A DNA stretch of 64,000 nucleotides, taken from positions 352,001 to 416,000 of the forward strand of contig CAWJKZ010000024.1 in the NCBI GenBank assembly GCA_963843575.1, written 5' to 3'. This stretch comes from an uncultured Acidobacteriota bacterium. GTDB taxonomy: Bacteria; Acidobacteriota; UBA6911. The notes beneath the pieces were generated by a model. It did not search any database, was not told where the DNA came from, and saw only the letters and a list, made by a program, of their open reading frames with translations. This document shows positions 53,967-64,000 of the stretch, one piece after another. The position numbers and the translations under genes were made by a program. The number at the start of each line of letters is the position of its first letter. The stretch's first letter is position 1.

Positions 53967-54632
53967 GACGCTTCCACACAAACAATGGGAACCAAGCAGT
54001 ATTTTGAGTTCAGACAATTCGTCCAGGCGATCGACCTAGATCGGCATCTGGATCGTGACGCCAACTCACCGGAGTGTTACAGCAAACTGTCGCTCTGATC
54101 AGAGTCCTGAACTTAGTCGACAGTACTGGTTGGTTTAATTCACTGACGGTGTCGTTATTGAGAGTGGGCAGCGAAGGTGTTACCTGAGTCGTGTCCAACC
54201 GGTTGGACCCTGCATGGAAGGGCGGCGAACAGCCGCCAGGCTATCACCGAGGAGACAATCGAGCTTGGTTAACCCGATCTCGAGAGCAATGAAGCCGACC
54301 ACCGTCAGGGAGGGTACCAAGCCACCTTCCCATTGTCATGTCCTATGGTCTCGATAACGGCCAGCTATTGTTGACTGGGAGTACTTGTTGCCGCCAGTAA
54401 ATCGTTTGACAATTGCGCCTGAGCAGATCTCTTAAAGATTACGGACTAGCGGATTGGTAGCGATTCGCCGTCGCCTCGCCAGTAGGGTTCCAGGACTTCA
54501 ATAATGGAAACGAATACCAAGGGCGGGTTTGCTGGTGATCGTGCCTTCCGGGGCACTACACGAGCCGGGCGGGGTTACTTTTGGGTAGGCCGGTGGGTCT
54601 CCGAGAGCAACCTGAAAGGCCCAGTGAATAGC

Positions 54633-55803
54633 TTAGACTGATGCCTCTATGGCGGGCATGCTGACCTTACAGATAACCGAGGTGATGTCATCGGACGGAG
54701 GCCCGTCGCCAGTGAAGGCCCGAACCGTCTCGTGGATGCCTCGGACGAGTTCAGCCGCGCTGCTATGCGGATGGCATTTGATGAACTCAAGAGCTTTGCC
54801 CGCGCCAAACTGAGCCTCGGCGTCGTTGGCAGCCTCCGTGACCCCGTCGGTCAACAAAACGAGGGTTTCACCATGATCCAAAGGGATGGCCGGACTGGTG
54901 CAAAACAGACTGCCGGCGAAGAGACCTGACGGGGGTCCCGTGCTTTCCATGACGTGCCTGATCTCTCCAGAAGGGCGCAATATGTAACACGGTATATGCC
55001 CGGCACTGGCGTATTCGACCAAGCGGTTTCGCGGGTCGATGCGGGCCAACAGCAAAGTCACGTACTGTCCGCCGTCGAGGTCGGTGACGAGGGCATTATT
55101 AACGCGGCCGAGGAGAGAACCCATGTTCGACTCCAACGGTGCAAAGGACCGCACATACGCCCGGGTTTCAGCCATTACCAAAGCAGCTCCGAATCCATGG
55201 CCGCTGACATCGCCTATGGCGATACAGAGACACCCGTCCGGCAGCATAATAAAGTCGAAGTAGTCGCCCCCCGTCAGCATTGCAGAGCAAACGATTCCAG
55301 CAATATCAAAACCCGGCAACGATGCCACCGTGGTGTTTAGGCGCTGCTGAACTTCATGGGCGATTTGCAGGTAAAACTCCTCCTCCTGCTGTTTCCTCAG
55401 CTCGGTCACGTCTTTCAGAACGGAGACGAAGTGTGTAATCTCTACCTTTCTCATCTTTCATTGAGCTAATCGTTTGTGCAGACCAGTAGAGCCGGCCGGA
55501 TTTCTTCCGGTTGACGATGATTCCACGGAATGATTTGCCCGCCAGGAGTAGCGCCCAAAGCTCTTTGTAGAACTGCTCGTCGTGTAGCCCGGACTTGAGG
55601 AGACTTGGAGTCCGGCCCAGGACCTCGATTGCGGAATAACCTGTGGTCTCTTCAAAGGCTGGGTTGACATACTCGATGACTCCCTGCCTGTCCGTTATCA
55701 TCACGGTGTCCGCAGTTTGCTCCACAGCCCTGATGAGCCGATCGTAGCTCCGGTGCAGCCGCTGGAGCTGTTCCTGAATGCCGAGGGTTCCCGAGTTACT
55801 CAT
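54633..55803 (-). CDS. PAS + PP2C/SpoIIE (RsbU-like) phosphatase, frameshift near 55450
   Basis: YVNPAFE.TTGY PAS; GGDYFD, GDVSGHG, TDGVTEA, DDIT. Confidence 0.88.
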
Positions 55804-55959
55804 AGAGCTTCCCGCTGCCCCGCTGGACGAGTTCGCACGCTTTGTTTTTCACTGTTGCTGAGCTTCCGCAACACACCCTTGCCAAAATAGTCGTGAACGC
55901 ATCGAACCGGGAATTCCATTGTGGGCTCCAGGAAGCTTTCAGTATACACCTGGCTTTCG

Positions 55960-56468
55960 ATGAAAACACCTATTGCAATTTGTTTGGTTGTTTCCCTTCT
56001 GATGCCCTCGGTCGCAGTCGCTGGCATCAGCAGCAAACGAGCGGCCTATCAAGGGGGAACTACCAAGGATCGGGACTTCCCGGGCGCTAAGAAGGCAGTC
56101 GAGGGTTATCTGGACACTAGCGATCCCAACGATCTACGGTTTGAATATTTTCTGGATAAGAGGAACAAGGTTTACTCGATACCATACAAACACTTTATAG
56201 ATATCGAATACGGGCAAAAGGCAGGTCGTCGAGTAGGCGCTTCGATTGCTACCGCTGTTTTACTCACTCCACTCGGTTTATTCATGCTTTTTTCGAAGAA
56301 GCGAAACCCTTCGTCACGATTGGATACTCCGATGATGCTGGGAAAGAAGAAGTCGCAGTCTTCGAACTGGGTAAGGACATTGTCCGAACGACAGTACCGA
56401 TTCTTGAAGCTCGTTCTGGCAAGAAGATCACTTACCAAGATGAGGAAGCCAAGAAGTCTGGGAAGTAG
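55960..56468 (+). CDS. exported hypothetical protein (frameshift near 56305)
   Basis: Signal peptide; EYGQKAGRR; continues in another frame as FVTIGY..AVFELGKD..LEARSGK. Confidence 0.65.
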
Positions 56469-57031
56469 ATCGCGGCCATAGTCAAGCTGTAGCTCTGTTA
56501 CCCAGAGAGTACAGCCCTGGACGGTCGATGAACTTCGAGGCACAGCCTAATTGTATCGGTTGTCAAGCTGTACTGAACTCACAACGCCCAGCGCAGTTTG
56601 CCGCGGCATCGGAATCTTGACATAACATATTTCTTCAAGTGAGAGCATCATGAATAAGCTCGTCGGTTTGTGGCTGTGGGTCTCGGTATGTGGCTTGACT
56701 CCCCTTTTCCTGCAGGTAATCGCGCCTACTCAGGAACTTCTATTTCCCCATTTCCCCACTTTGCAGTCGGCAGCGGTTGGGAGAGTGATTTGACCTTCAT
56801 TGCCCAAGGTGGAGAAACCTCATCAGGTTCGATTGTCTACCGTCAATGGCAGAACTTACAGCGGGACGCTTGACTCCCGAAGTTGCCGCGTGTTACCCAA
56901 CGAAACTCCACGTCCAGTGAACTCCTGATTCTCCTCGAACGCCGCAACGGGTCATAGAGATTGTCTTCAAAGCCACGCATTTCTCAACACTGGACAGCTA
57001 TCCACTGCCTACAAAGGTGTCTGAAATGCGG

Positions 57032-57463
57032 CTATTTCGTTTGCCTAACACAGTACTCGTCGAACGCCGCGATCAGGGACTGGGCGATTTCGTGGGCTTC
57101 CCGGTTTTCAATCTGGTAGCGCTGGAGCATGAAAACCGCTTGGCCGTCACGGAAGATTGCCACCGACGGCGACGACGGGGGGTACTCTTTCAGGTAGCCG
57201 CGAACGCAGGCTGTGGCTTCAATATCGCCACCGGCAAAGACCGTGGCCACCTTGTCAGGCAGCGCCGAATGTTTTAAGGCCATTGCGATGCCTGGACGCG
57301 CGCGGCCGGCCGCACAGCCGCACATGGAATTAATCACCATCATCACCGTGCCGTTGCCCGGTTTCAAGATCTCATCCACCGCTTCCGGCGTCCGCGTCTC
57401 AAGTACCTCTAACCGGGTCAACTCCTCGCGCATGGGGCCAATAAACTCTTCTGGATATCTCAC
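57032..57463 (-). CDS. BrxA/BrxB (YphP/YqiW) bacilliredoxin-family protein
   Basis: PMREELT, NS.CGCAAG.ARP, TVFAG.D, PPSSPS. Confidence 0.9.
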   Translation of the reverse strand: MRYPEEFIGPMREELTRLEVLETRTPEAVDEILKPGNGTVMMVINSMCGCAAGRARPGIAMALKHSALPDKVATVFAGGDIEATACVRGYLKEYPPSSPSVAIFRDGQAVFMLQRYQIENREAHEIAQSLIAAFDEYCVRQTK

Positions 57464-57572
57464 AACTTCCTCCTTGCTCGATCTGGGCAGTGCAAAGCAG
57501 GCTTAACCACATGAGTTCGCCCGGCTTAGTTCTCCCATACGTTTCCTCTCTTGTTGTAGTGGATGGGGGTGG

Positions 57573-57833
57573 CTACTTCTTCCAGTAATCGTAATTTATC
57601 TGAATGAACGACTTCCATTTCTCTGGGACTTCACTTTCGGGGAAGATGGCCGTGACCGGGCATGCAGGCTCGCAAGCGCCACAGTCAATGCATTCGTCAG
57701 GGTTGATATAAAGCTGTGTTGCCTCAGCGAACCCCACATCATCCTTCCTGGGATGAATGCAATCCACCGGACAAACATCAACACACGCGGTGTCTTTGAT
57801 GTTGATGCAAGGTTCAGCAATAATGTACGTCAT
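57573..57833 (-). CDS. 7Fe-type ferredoxin
   Basis: MTYIIAEPC..KD.ACVDVCPVDCI and CIDCGACEPACPV. Confidence 0.93.
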   Translation of the reverse strand: MTYIIAEPCINIKDTACVDVCPVDCIHPRKDDVGFAEATQLYINPDECIDCGACEPACPVTAIFPESEVPEKWKSFIQINYDYWKK

Positions 57834-57994
57834 ATCCCCCCACTGGCGGTTCCAAGCGAAGCTCGCGAGCAAGCGCCCCCACGGAGGGAAACTTGCCTTC
57901 TTGCAGCGCAACCCGCGCCGTCGACCTGACCGTGTGCTCAGTCGGCAGATCCATGGCGGTTATTGGCCAGAGTGATGGCATGCATCCCGAGCTT

Positions 57995-58471
57995 CTATAG
58001 CGACCATAACGACGGGACGAGTACTTGCTCCGTGAGAGGTTCGTACGGTTCGGGCGTAGGAAGATCCAGAACCAGCGCGCGCTGGCCTTCGCTTAGACAC
58101 TGCAGGCGGACCTCGCATTTGTCCGTGAAACGGACCGCGTCACGATACGTGTAGGCTGAGTCGCTCAGTTGCACGAATGTGACCTCTTCAACCGGACCGA
58201 CCGCGAGCCAGCGCTGCAGGCGTTCGGGGATGTTCCGCAAGCTGAGCCTTGCGCCCGGCGGGATGCAAACCGCCCGAATCGATTCTGTTTTGGGCCTCAG
58301 CCTGAAAAACGACCAGAGCCCGTTTGACAGCGCTTCAGGCGGAACTGCTCTTCTCTGCAAGTCCGACGGGGAAGCGAAACCGATCGTCCCGGTACGAAAC
58401 CTGTGGGCGACCAATTCCTCTCCCTTGACTGCCAGCCGGTTTGGCATTGACATTAGGGAATAGTCACACAT
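57995..58471 (-). CDS. hypothetical protein (MCDYSL N-terminus)
   Basis: GGAGG RBS; MCDYSL..RLA..GEEL, AVCIPPGA.L, YRDAVRF motifs. Confidence 0.75.
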   Translation of the reverse strand: MCDYSLMSMPNRLAVKGEELVAHRFRTGTIGFASPSDLQRRAVPPEALSNGLWSFFRLRPKTESIRAVCIPPGARLSLRNIPERLQRWLAVGPVEEVTFVQLSDSAYTYRDAVRFTDKCEVRLQCLSEGQRALVLDLPTPEPYEPLTEQVLVPSLWSL

Positions 58472-58619
58472 CCTTTCTTCCTCCCGTTGAGCCAGGATTT
58501 CCGCTTTGGACCCTGGATCAAACCTTAGCGTAAGCCGAGATTTGATACTTTGTCAATACCGATATTTACTAAATCTACAAGTTGACTATATTCTCAAGAA
58601 TCCGCTAAAATAGCGATTA

Positions 58620-59324
58620 ATGGAAGGGCTGACTGCGACTAAGGTTAACGAACAGTCCACTAGGACCGAAATCCTGCACTTATTGAAGGCGCACGGCCAT
58701 TTGGAAGCAAAGGCGATTGCCCAGTTTTGCGGATTTACTACGATGGCCGTCCGCCGGCACCTTCTGAGACTCTGCGCCGACCGTGTCATTCAAACGAGAA
58801 CCGAGCGCCGTCCCAAGGGCCGCCCAACCACTCTTTATTCGCTCACCGACCTGGGGGATGCTCAGTTCCCGAGAGACTACGCGGCGCTGGCCAAAGAGCT
58901 ACTCTCAAGCTTGGAACTCCTTGACGGCGAGTCCAAAATCGAGGCGGTTTTTCGGAGACGTCGCTCAAACCTGATTGCGCGGTACGGTCATCGCGTACGG
59001 GGAAAGGATCTCGAAAAGCGGGTGCGAGAGATGGCGGCGGTACTGACCGACTGCGGATACATGGCAGAAGTGGAGGTAGCGGGCTCGGGCCGTTTCTTGC
59101 TGATCGAACATAACTGCGCCATTCGCGAGGTCGCGAAAGGCTATCCCGTCGCCTGCCAGGAAGAACTGTGCCTAATCGGCAAACTCTGCGGCAGAAGTGT
59201 CGCGCGCGTCTCTCACGTTCTCGCCGGAGACAGGCACTGCTCCTATTTGGTCGAGGAGGGTGGCGGGTCAAAGAGGCCCGAAGAGAGCCCAGCGCGCAGC
59301 GATACCCCGGATCGCCGCCGATAG
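58620..59324 (+). CDS. SufR-like metal/Fe-S-sensing HTH transcriptional regulator
   Basis: AVRRHL..L, GRP...YSLT..G...FPRDY, EHNCAI..AC.EEL..C three-Cys pattern. Confidence 0.85.
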   Translation: MEGLTATKVNEQSTRTEILHLLKAHGHLEAKAIAQFCGFTTMAVRRHLLRLCADRVIQTRTERRPKGRPTTLYSLTDLGDAQFPRDYAALAKELLSSLELLDGESKIEAVFRRRRSNLIARYGHRVRGKDLEKRVREMAAVLTDCGYMAEVEVAGSGRFLLIEHNCAIREVAKGYPVACQEELCLIGKLCGRSVARVSHVLAGDRHCSYLVEEGGGSKRPEESPARSDTPDRRR

Positions 59325-59413
59325 GAATCGCTCGGGTGAAGGCGCGATACACCAACGCCGCGGATTTAGTTCAAGGACCACAACTTCACTAATGTCAACA
59401 GGAAGATAGAGAT

Positions 59414-60343
59414 TTGATTACTCTCGAGATGCTTTCCGACATGTGCTGCCCGGTTTGTCGCAGCGGGGGATTGGAAGCCGATATTGCCAGGCAAGAAAAC
59501 GGCAAAATCATCGAGGGCCAGTTGGTTTGCAGCCTGAAGGGAGAGAGTTACCCGGTTCGTTCCGGGGTGGCTGATTTCATTCCCCGCAGTCTGGTGAGCG
59601 ACGTGCAATGGAAGATGTGGCAGGATCATTTGCTCGGTTTCCAGGAGCGGCGGGACGAGCGCATCAGGGAACCGCGTCGGCAAGTTCATGCCCTCGCAAA
59701 GAAATCCCGCTCAAGAAACGCAAAAAGTAAGTTTGCCGAGTTCGCGGGTATCCGGGAAGGAAAAGTGTTGGACCTGGGATGCGGCCCCGGCAAATTCAGG
59801 TTCAACTTGAATGACAACGTTGAATACTATGGCCTTGATCCCCTGCCGTTGCTGGAGGTGGCGGAGTTTCCGTTCGTCTGTGCTTTGTCAGAGTACATGC
59901 CCTTCAAAAACGACACGTTTTCCCATCTGTTGGTGATTGACGCGATGGACCATTTTAAAGACCTGGAAGCTTCCTTCAAAGAAGCGCTGCGGATTCTCAA
60001 ACCCGTCGGTAAATTCCATCTGATCCAGGTTATCCATGATTTGAAAGGACCGGTATCGGCGGTCAAGGTGTTCACCCACTGGGTGAAGGATTCACTGGAA
60101 GAGCACGCTACCAAGATCAAGAACCCCGACGCTCCCAAACATATGACCGAATTCACCAGCACATCGCTGCGTGAATTCATGAACCGCTATTTCACCATCG
60201 ACGCGGTGCGCATTTACAACGACAAATGGTACAGCCCGACCAAGTTATTCCTGAGCATGTCTCCCCTGCCATCAATGGGCGCGTACGCAAACCGTGGCGA
60301 GGGATCCACCCCGATGCTGAAGGAACGCGGCGTTGTTCGTTGA
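59414..60343 (+). CDS. class I SAM methyltransferase with a Trm112-like N-terminal domain
   Basis: CCPVC..LVC..YPV; VLDLGCGPG; LKPVG. Confidence 0.82.
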   Translation: MITLEMLSDMCCPVCRSGGLEADIARQENGKIIEGQLVCSLKGESYPVRSGVADFIPRSLVSDVQWKMWQDHLLGFQERRDERIREPRRQVHALAKKSRSRNAKSKFAEFAGIREGKVLDLGCGPGKFRFNLNDNVEYYGLDPLPLLEVAEFPFVCALSEYMPFKNDTFSHLLVIDAMDHFKDLEASFKEALRILKPVGKFHLIQVIHDLKGPVSAVKVFTHWVKDSLEEHATKIKNPDAPKHMTEFTSTSLREFMNRYFTIDAVRIYNDKWYSPTKLFLSMSPLPSMGAYANRGEGSTPMLKERGVVR

Positions 60344-61545
60344 GCAGGCCGATCACCAATCCGGGCAGTTGGACAAAGAAATCATCGAGCGTTCCGAGGA
60401 ACTGAGCCGATTGCTGTCCGGGAAAGCCCCTTTCAGCATGTTTCATCCTTAGCCGGGCGGGGTTGAAGCGCTGTATAAGGCCATTTTTGCCCGGAAGCAT
60501 AGATGTGCACCTATTGAACACTGGCGAGGGGACGCCAGGGATTCAGCAGACAACCACTGGTGGGATTCCCTCCGGCCGGATCGCTGCAATCGACGTCTCC
60601 GACTCTTTCACTCCTGCAAGTCACTGCAACTATGCTGCAACCTTTGCGCTAGCAATGGATTACGATCCTGGTATCCGGCATATCAATATGTCATCTCATC
60701 GGCACCCTTTCATCCACCGTCAGGGAAGTCTCCCTCCGACTGCTGGTCCGCACTGACGGGGTGTAAGTGGGTTACGTTATGGGGCGTCTCGGGGCTCCGG
60801 GTGGGGTTCACGCAGTTCGCTTGCACTCTCTCATAGTGATTCGTATTGCCGATTGCTCGGTGGGGTGGTGACGCCAAAATGGTGCGCTAACAGCCCAGGG
60901 CACCACGGGAAGAGCTCAGATTAGTTGCAGAAATCTCGCAATAGTTCCGACACCGTCAGGAAGTTCCAATCCCTTTTCGCATCGTTGGTTCCTATGACCT
61001 CGATTGCAGATTAATGCTGCCGACTAATAGTATCGTTCGCTATTGTGCCTCGCCAGTTGTGCGCCAGGGCATCAATAACGGTACTGGATACCAATGGATA
61101 GGATTGCTGCTGATTGCGCCTCCTGGGGCTTTACGCGAACCGGACGGGGCTGTTTTGCGATCGGCCACTGGGTGCGTTGCCGGGGCGGTCTGTGCCGACA
61201 TTCGCAGGTTGTGGCGACGTGGCCATCCCGGTGGCCATAAACCAAGTGTGACAAATAACCTGTTTGTCACAGCGCTTTCGCAGAGCGCCGCGCTGGAACT
61301 GCGGGCGAGACTGGATGTGATCGCCCGGATTCGTGTGATCATTTCTCACTGGCGGCGGGTGAAGGGTGCGTTAAGGGACGCATCTGCGCGGCTCTGGAGC
61401 GTAAGTTCCAGTAGCCGCAATGCAGGATGGATTCATCGGACCCGTTCCGACAGCGTCATTCCCTGCGAGGAGGAGAGTCGGAGGATGGGTGTATAATTGC
61501 GGACAACTCAGGGTTAGCTGTCTCACCCAGGATGGAATTGTGGCA

Positions 61546-61782
61546 ATGCCATCCCCGCATGACGTCACTCATCTGCTCCAGGCCTGGTGCGGCGGCGACC
61601 AGGCTGACCTGGATAAGCTCATCCCTCTGGTTTATGACGAAGTGCACAGGCTGGCGCATATCTACACGGTGCGCGAGCGGCCGGGCCACACGCTGCAGAC
61701 CAGTGCCCTGGTCAATGAGGCCTATCTGCGGCCCATCGATGCGTGGTTGCTGCAGGAGTTGAAACGCGGGGCGCGCGGATGA
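61546..61782 (+). pseudogene. internally deleted ECF sigma factor (kinase-associated type)
   Basis: VTHLLQAW..L.PLVYDE...HTLQTSALVNEAYLR joined directly to the C-terminal AWLLQEL; only 78 aa. Confidence 0.8.
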
Positions 61783-64000
61783 GTATCGATCGGTGGCAGC
61801 GGGTCAAGGACATCTACAACTCGGCCCTGGATCTCGAGTCGGGAGGGCGCGAGGCCTACCTGCGAGAGGCCTGCGGGGGAGACCACGCCCTGCGGCAGGA
61901 GGTGGAGGCTCTGCTGGCCAACCTGCCGGAGGCCGAGGGATTCATGAAGGATCCCGCAATGGAGGTGGCGGCCCGAGGCCTGGCCGGGGAACGGACGAGT
62001 GAGCCACAACCGGACTATGCAGGCCGGTCCGTGCGGCAATACCGGATTGTGGAAAAGATCGGCGAAGGCGGGATGGGAGTGGTCTACCTGGCGGAGGATG
62101 GTTCACTCCATCGGAGAGTCGCGCTGAAGTTTCTGCCGCCGGAGATGCAGCAGGACGCGACTGCTCGAAAGCGGTTCCTGCGCGAAGCCCGTTCGGCAGC
62201 CGCTCTGGATCATCCCTACATCTGCCACATCAACGAAGTGGGCGAGGCCGAGGGTGCGGACTTCATCGTCATGGAGTACGTCGAAGGCCAGATGCTGATG
62301 GACAAGCTCCGTCAGGGGCGGTTGCCGCTGAAGCAGGTCCTGCAGATCGCCACAGAGGTTACGGAGGCGCTGGAGGCCGCGCATGGCAAGGGGATCATCC
62401 ATCGGGACCTGAAGCCCGCGAACATCATGCTGACACCGACGGATCACGCGAAGGTGATGGACTTCGGGCTGGCCAAGCAGTTGATTCCGCCTGGAGGAAT
62501 CGAGAGCCAGGAAAAGTCGGGGACGGCGCTGACCCGGAGCGGCATGACGCTGGGGACTTTGGCGTACATGTCGCCGGAGCAGTTGCGCGGGGAGACCGTC
62601 GATGCCCGTTCGGACATTTTCTCGTTTGGCGTGGTGTTGTACGAGATGCTGGCCGGGGTTCATCCCTTCAAGAAACCGACCGGGATGGACACGGCCGGTG
62701 CGATCCTGAAGGATACCCCTCCGCCCCTGGCAGAGAGTTGCCCGGACGTTCCGGTTCTGCTCCAGCACGTCGTGAAGAAGATGCTGGCCAAGGATCCTGA
62801 GGATCGGTATCTATTGATGCACGATGTGAGGACCGACCTGAGAGAGTTGCTCGATGAGTCGAACCGGCCGGTACGGGGGAAGCGCAGAGGGCGGAAACCG
62901 TTGTACTTGATTGCCGCAATCGCGTTGGTGATTGTCGGCGCGGGGATCTGGGCGTTGTTCCAGTTCTCTCCTCGCGGGGCGGCGCTGCCCCCGCCGAGGT
63001 TTGTGCCCATAACAGCGTCCGGTGGCGCAAAAGGTTTTCCGTCACTTTCACCGGATGGAAACTGGATCGCGTTTGCCTGGACGGGTGAAAAGGGAGGTAA
63101 CCAGGACATCTACGTCAAGGAGTTGGAAGGCCCCGGCTTCAATCGGCTGACGACCGACCCGGCAGTTGACAACTTTCCCGCGTGGTCTCCCGATGGCCGC
63201 CAGATCGCTTTCCTGCGACGCTCGGGCGATCGATGGATACTGTACCTCATCAGTATGGTGGGCGGTGGAGAAAGGAAGCTGGCTGAGGTAGGCCTCGGAC
63301 GACCGAGCTGGTCGCCCGATGGGAAGAACATCGCATTTGTGGACCGAAAATCACCGAAAGATCCTTCGAGCATCTGGTTGTTATCGGTGGATACGCTGGC
63401 AACCAGGCAGATGACCACCCCGGAGGTAAGTTACTACGGTGACGATCATCCGGCCTTTTCCCCCAATGGTCGCTACCTTGCGTTCATCAGGCAGATTGAC
63501 GCTTTGACACCCATTCTATATGTCATGCATCTTCCCGGTGGAGAGCCCAAGGTTGTGACGGACCATAACGGCCCCTGGTGGCCATGCTGGACTGCCGATA
63601 GCCGCGAGATTGTCTTCATTACTGACCCTATGACAGGGGAAGCGTCGTTGTGGCGGATCGTCATGGACGGCGGGGAGCCTCTCAGAGTCCCGGCTCGTGG
63701 CGAGCGGGTTCGTCAGCCCACCATCACCGGGAATCGTCTGGCCTACGTAAGCGATACCTCCAACTGGGACATGTGGAGACTGGAATTGACGGGGCAGGAC
63801 GCGATGAAACCGCCATCCAGGCCCCTATTGTCCTGGACATCAGATGAGTCTGATCAGGGTATTTCACCCGACGGAAGCAGGATAGCTTTCGCGTCCGACA
63901 GTTCAGGAAGCATGGAGATCTGGATCTGCAATGCCGACGGCACAAAGCCGATGAAGCTCACCGACATGAAGGCGGGAGACACCGGCAGTCCAGACTGGTC
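61779..64000 (+). CDS. membrane Ser/Thr protein kinase with C-terminal PD40/TolB-like beta-propeller repeats (runs off the window)
   Basis: ATGA overlap; IGEGGMGVVY, VALK, HRDLKPAN, DFGLAK, YMSPEQ, TM helix, repeated (W)SPDG; same frame at every motif checked to the end. Confidence 0.93.
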   Translation, partial: MSIDRWQRVKDIYNSALDLESGGREAYLREACGGDHALRQEVEALLANLPEAEGFMKDPAMEVAARGLAGERTSEPQPDYAGRSVRQYRIVEKIGEGGMGVVYLAEDGSLHRRVALKFLPPEMQQDATARKRFLREARSAAALDHPYICHINEVGEAEGADFIVMEYVEGQMLMDKLRQGRLPLKQVLQIATEVTEALEAAHGKGIIHRDLKPANIMLTPTDHAKVMDFGLAKQLIPPGGIESQEKSGTALTRSGMTLGTLAYMSPEQLRGETVDARSDIFSFGVVLYEMLAGVHPFKKPTGMDTAGAILKDTPPPLAESCPDVPVLLQHVVKKMLAKDPEDRYLLMHDVRTDLRELLDESNRPVRGKRRGRKPLYLIAAIALVIVGAGIWALFQFSPRGAALPPPRFVPITASGGAKGFPSLSPDGNWIAFAWTGEKGGNQDIYVKELEGPGFNRLTTDPAVDNFPAWSPDGRQIAFLRRSGDRWILYLISMVGGGERKLAEVGLGRPSWSPDGKNIAFVDRKSPKDPSSIWLLSVDTLATRQMTTPEVSYYGDDHPAFSPNGRYLAFIRQIDALTPILYVMHLPGGEPKVVTDHNGPWWPCWTADSREIVFITDPMTGEASLWRIVMDGGEPLRVPARGERVRQPTITGNRLAYVSDTSNWDMWRLELTGQDAMKPPSRPLLSWTSDESDQGISPDGSRIAFASDSSGSMEIWICNADGTKPMKLTDMKAGDTGSPDW

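Larger units (their letters stand above)
47257..64000. mobile_element. tRNA-fMet-anchored genomic island (right boundary not seen)
   Basis: Integrase next to the tRNA 3' end; visible drop in GC; IS, intron and gene remnants. Confidence 0.65.

Noticed and set aside
57840-57990. Riboswitch upstream of the ferredoxin
   Set aside because: Hairpins are possible but I recognise no aptamer consensus
60344-61500. Genes or ncRNA in the 1.2-kb gap before the sigma remnant
   Set aside because: Short ORFs lack RBS or motifs and I found no convincing long-range pairing; probably decayed sequence

Overview
Bacterial chromosome segment, most likely from an Acidobacteriota genome (inferred from an ADOP-type duplicated permease, an ECF-sigma/Ser-Thr kinase pair and small basic proteins of acidobacterial type). 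Bases 1-3.4 kb hold the 3' part of an rRNA operon (23S, 5S, terminator). About 3.5-47.2 kb is high-GC backbone: a TAT glycoside hydrolase, SDR, ADOP permease, an 8-gene catabolic operon with divergent kduD and MttB-family genes, cimA, a split methylmalonyl-CoA mutase, two ECF/anti-sigma cassettes, a lexA operon, lysA, nagA and glcDEF. After an initiator tRNA-Met (47180-47256) a visibly less GC-rich island begins. It carries a truncated tyrosine integrase, an IS3-family element interrupted by a group II intron, gene remnants, a PAS-PP2C phosphatase, a SufR-like/ferredoxin/bacilliredoxin module and a kinase running off the end. Many genes have single-base frameshifts, probably long-read errors. 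The best non-obvious signals are: (1) a ~233-nt structured ncRNA with its own sigma70 promoter and upstream DnaA boxes (46540-46772, minus strand); (2) an Ile/Val-rich leader-peptide attenuator before cimA; (3) a candidate GGTG-N7-GGTG LexA operator; (4) a group II intron whose removal rejoins the IS orfA frame at a hairpin target; (5) several intergenic repeat families.
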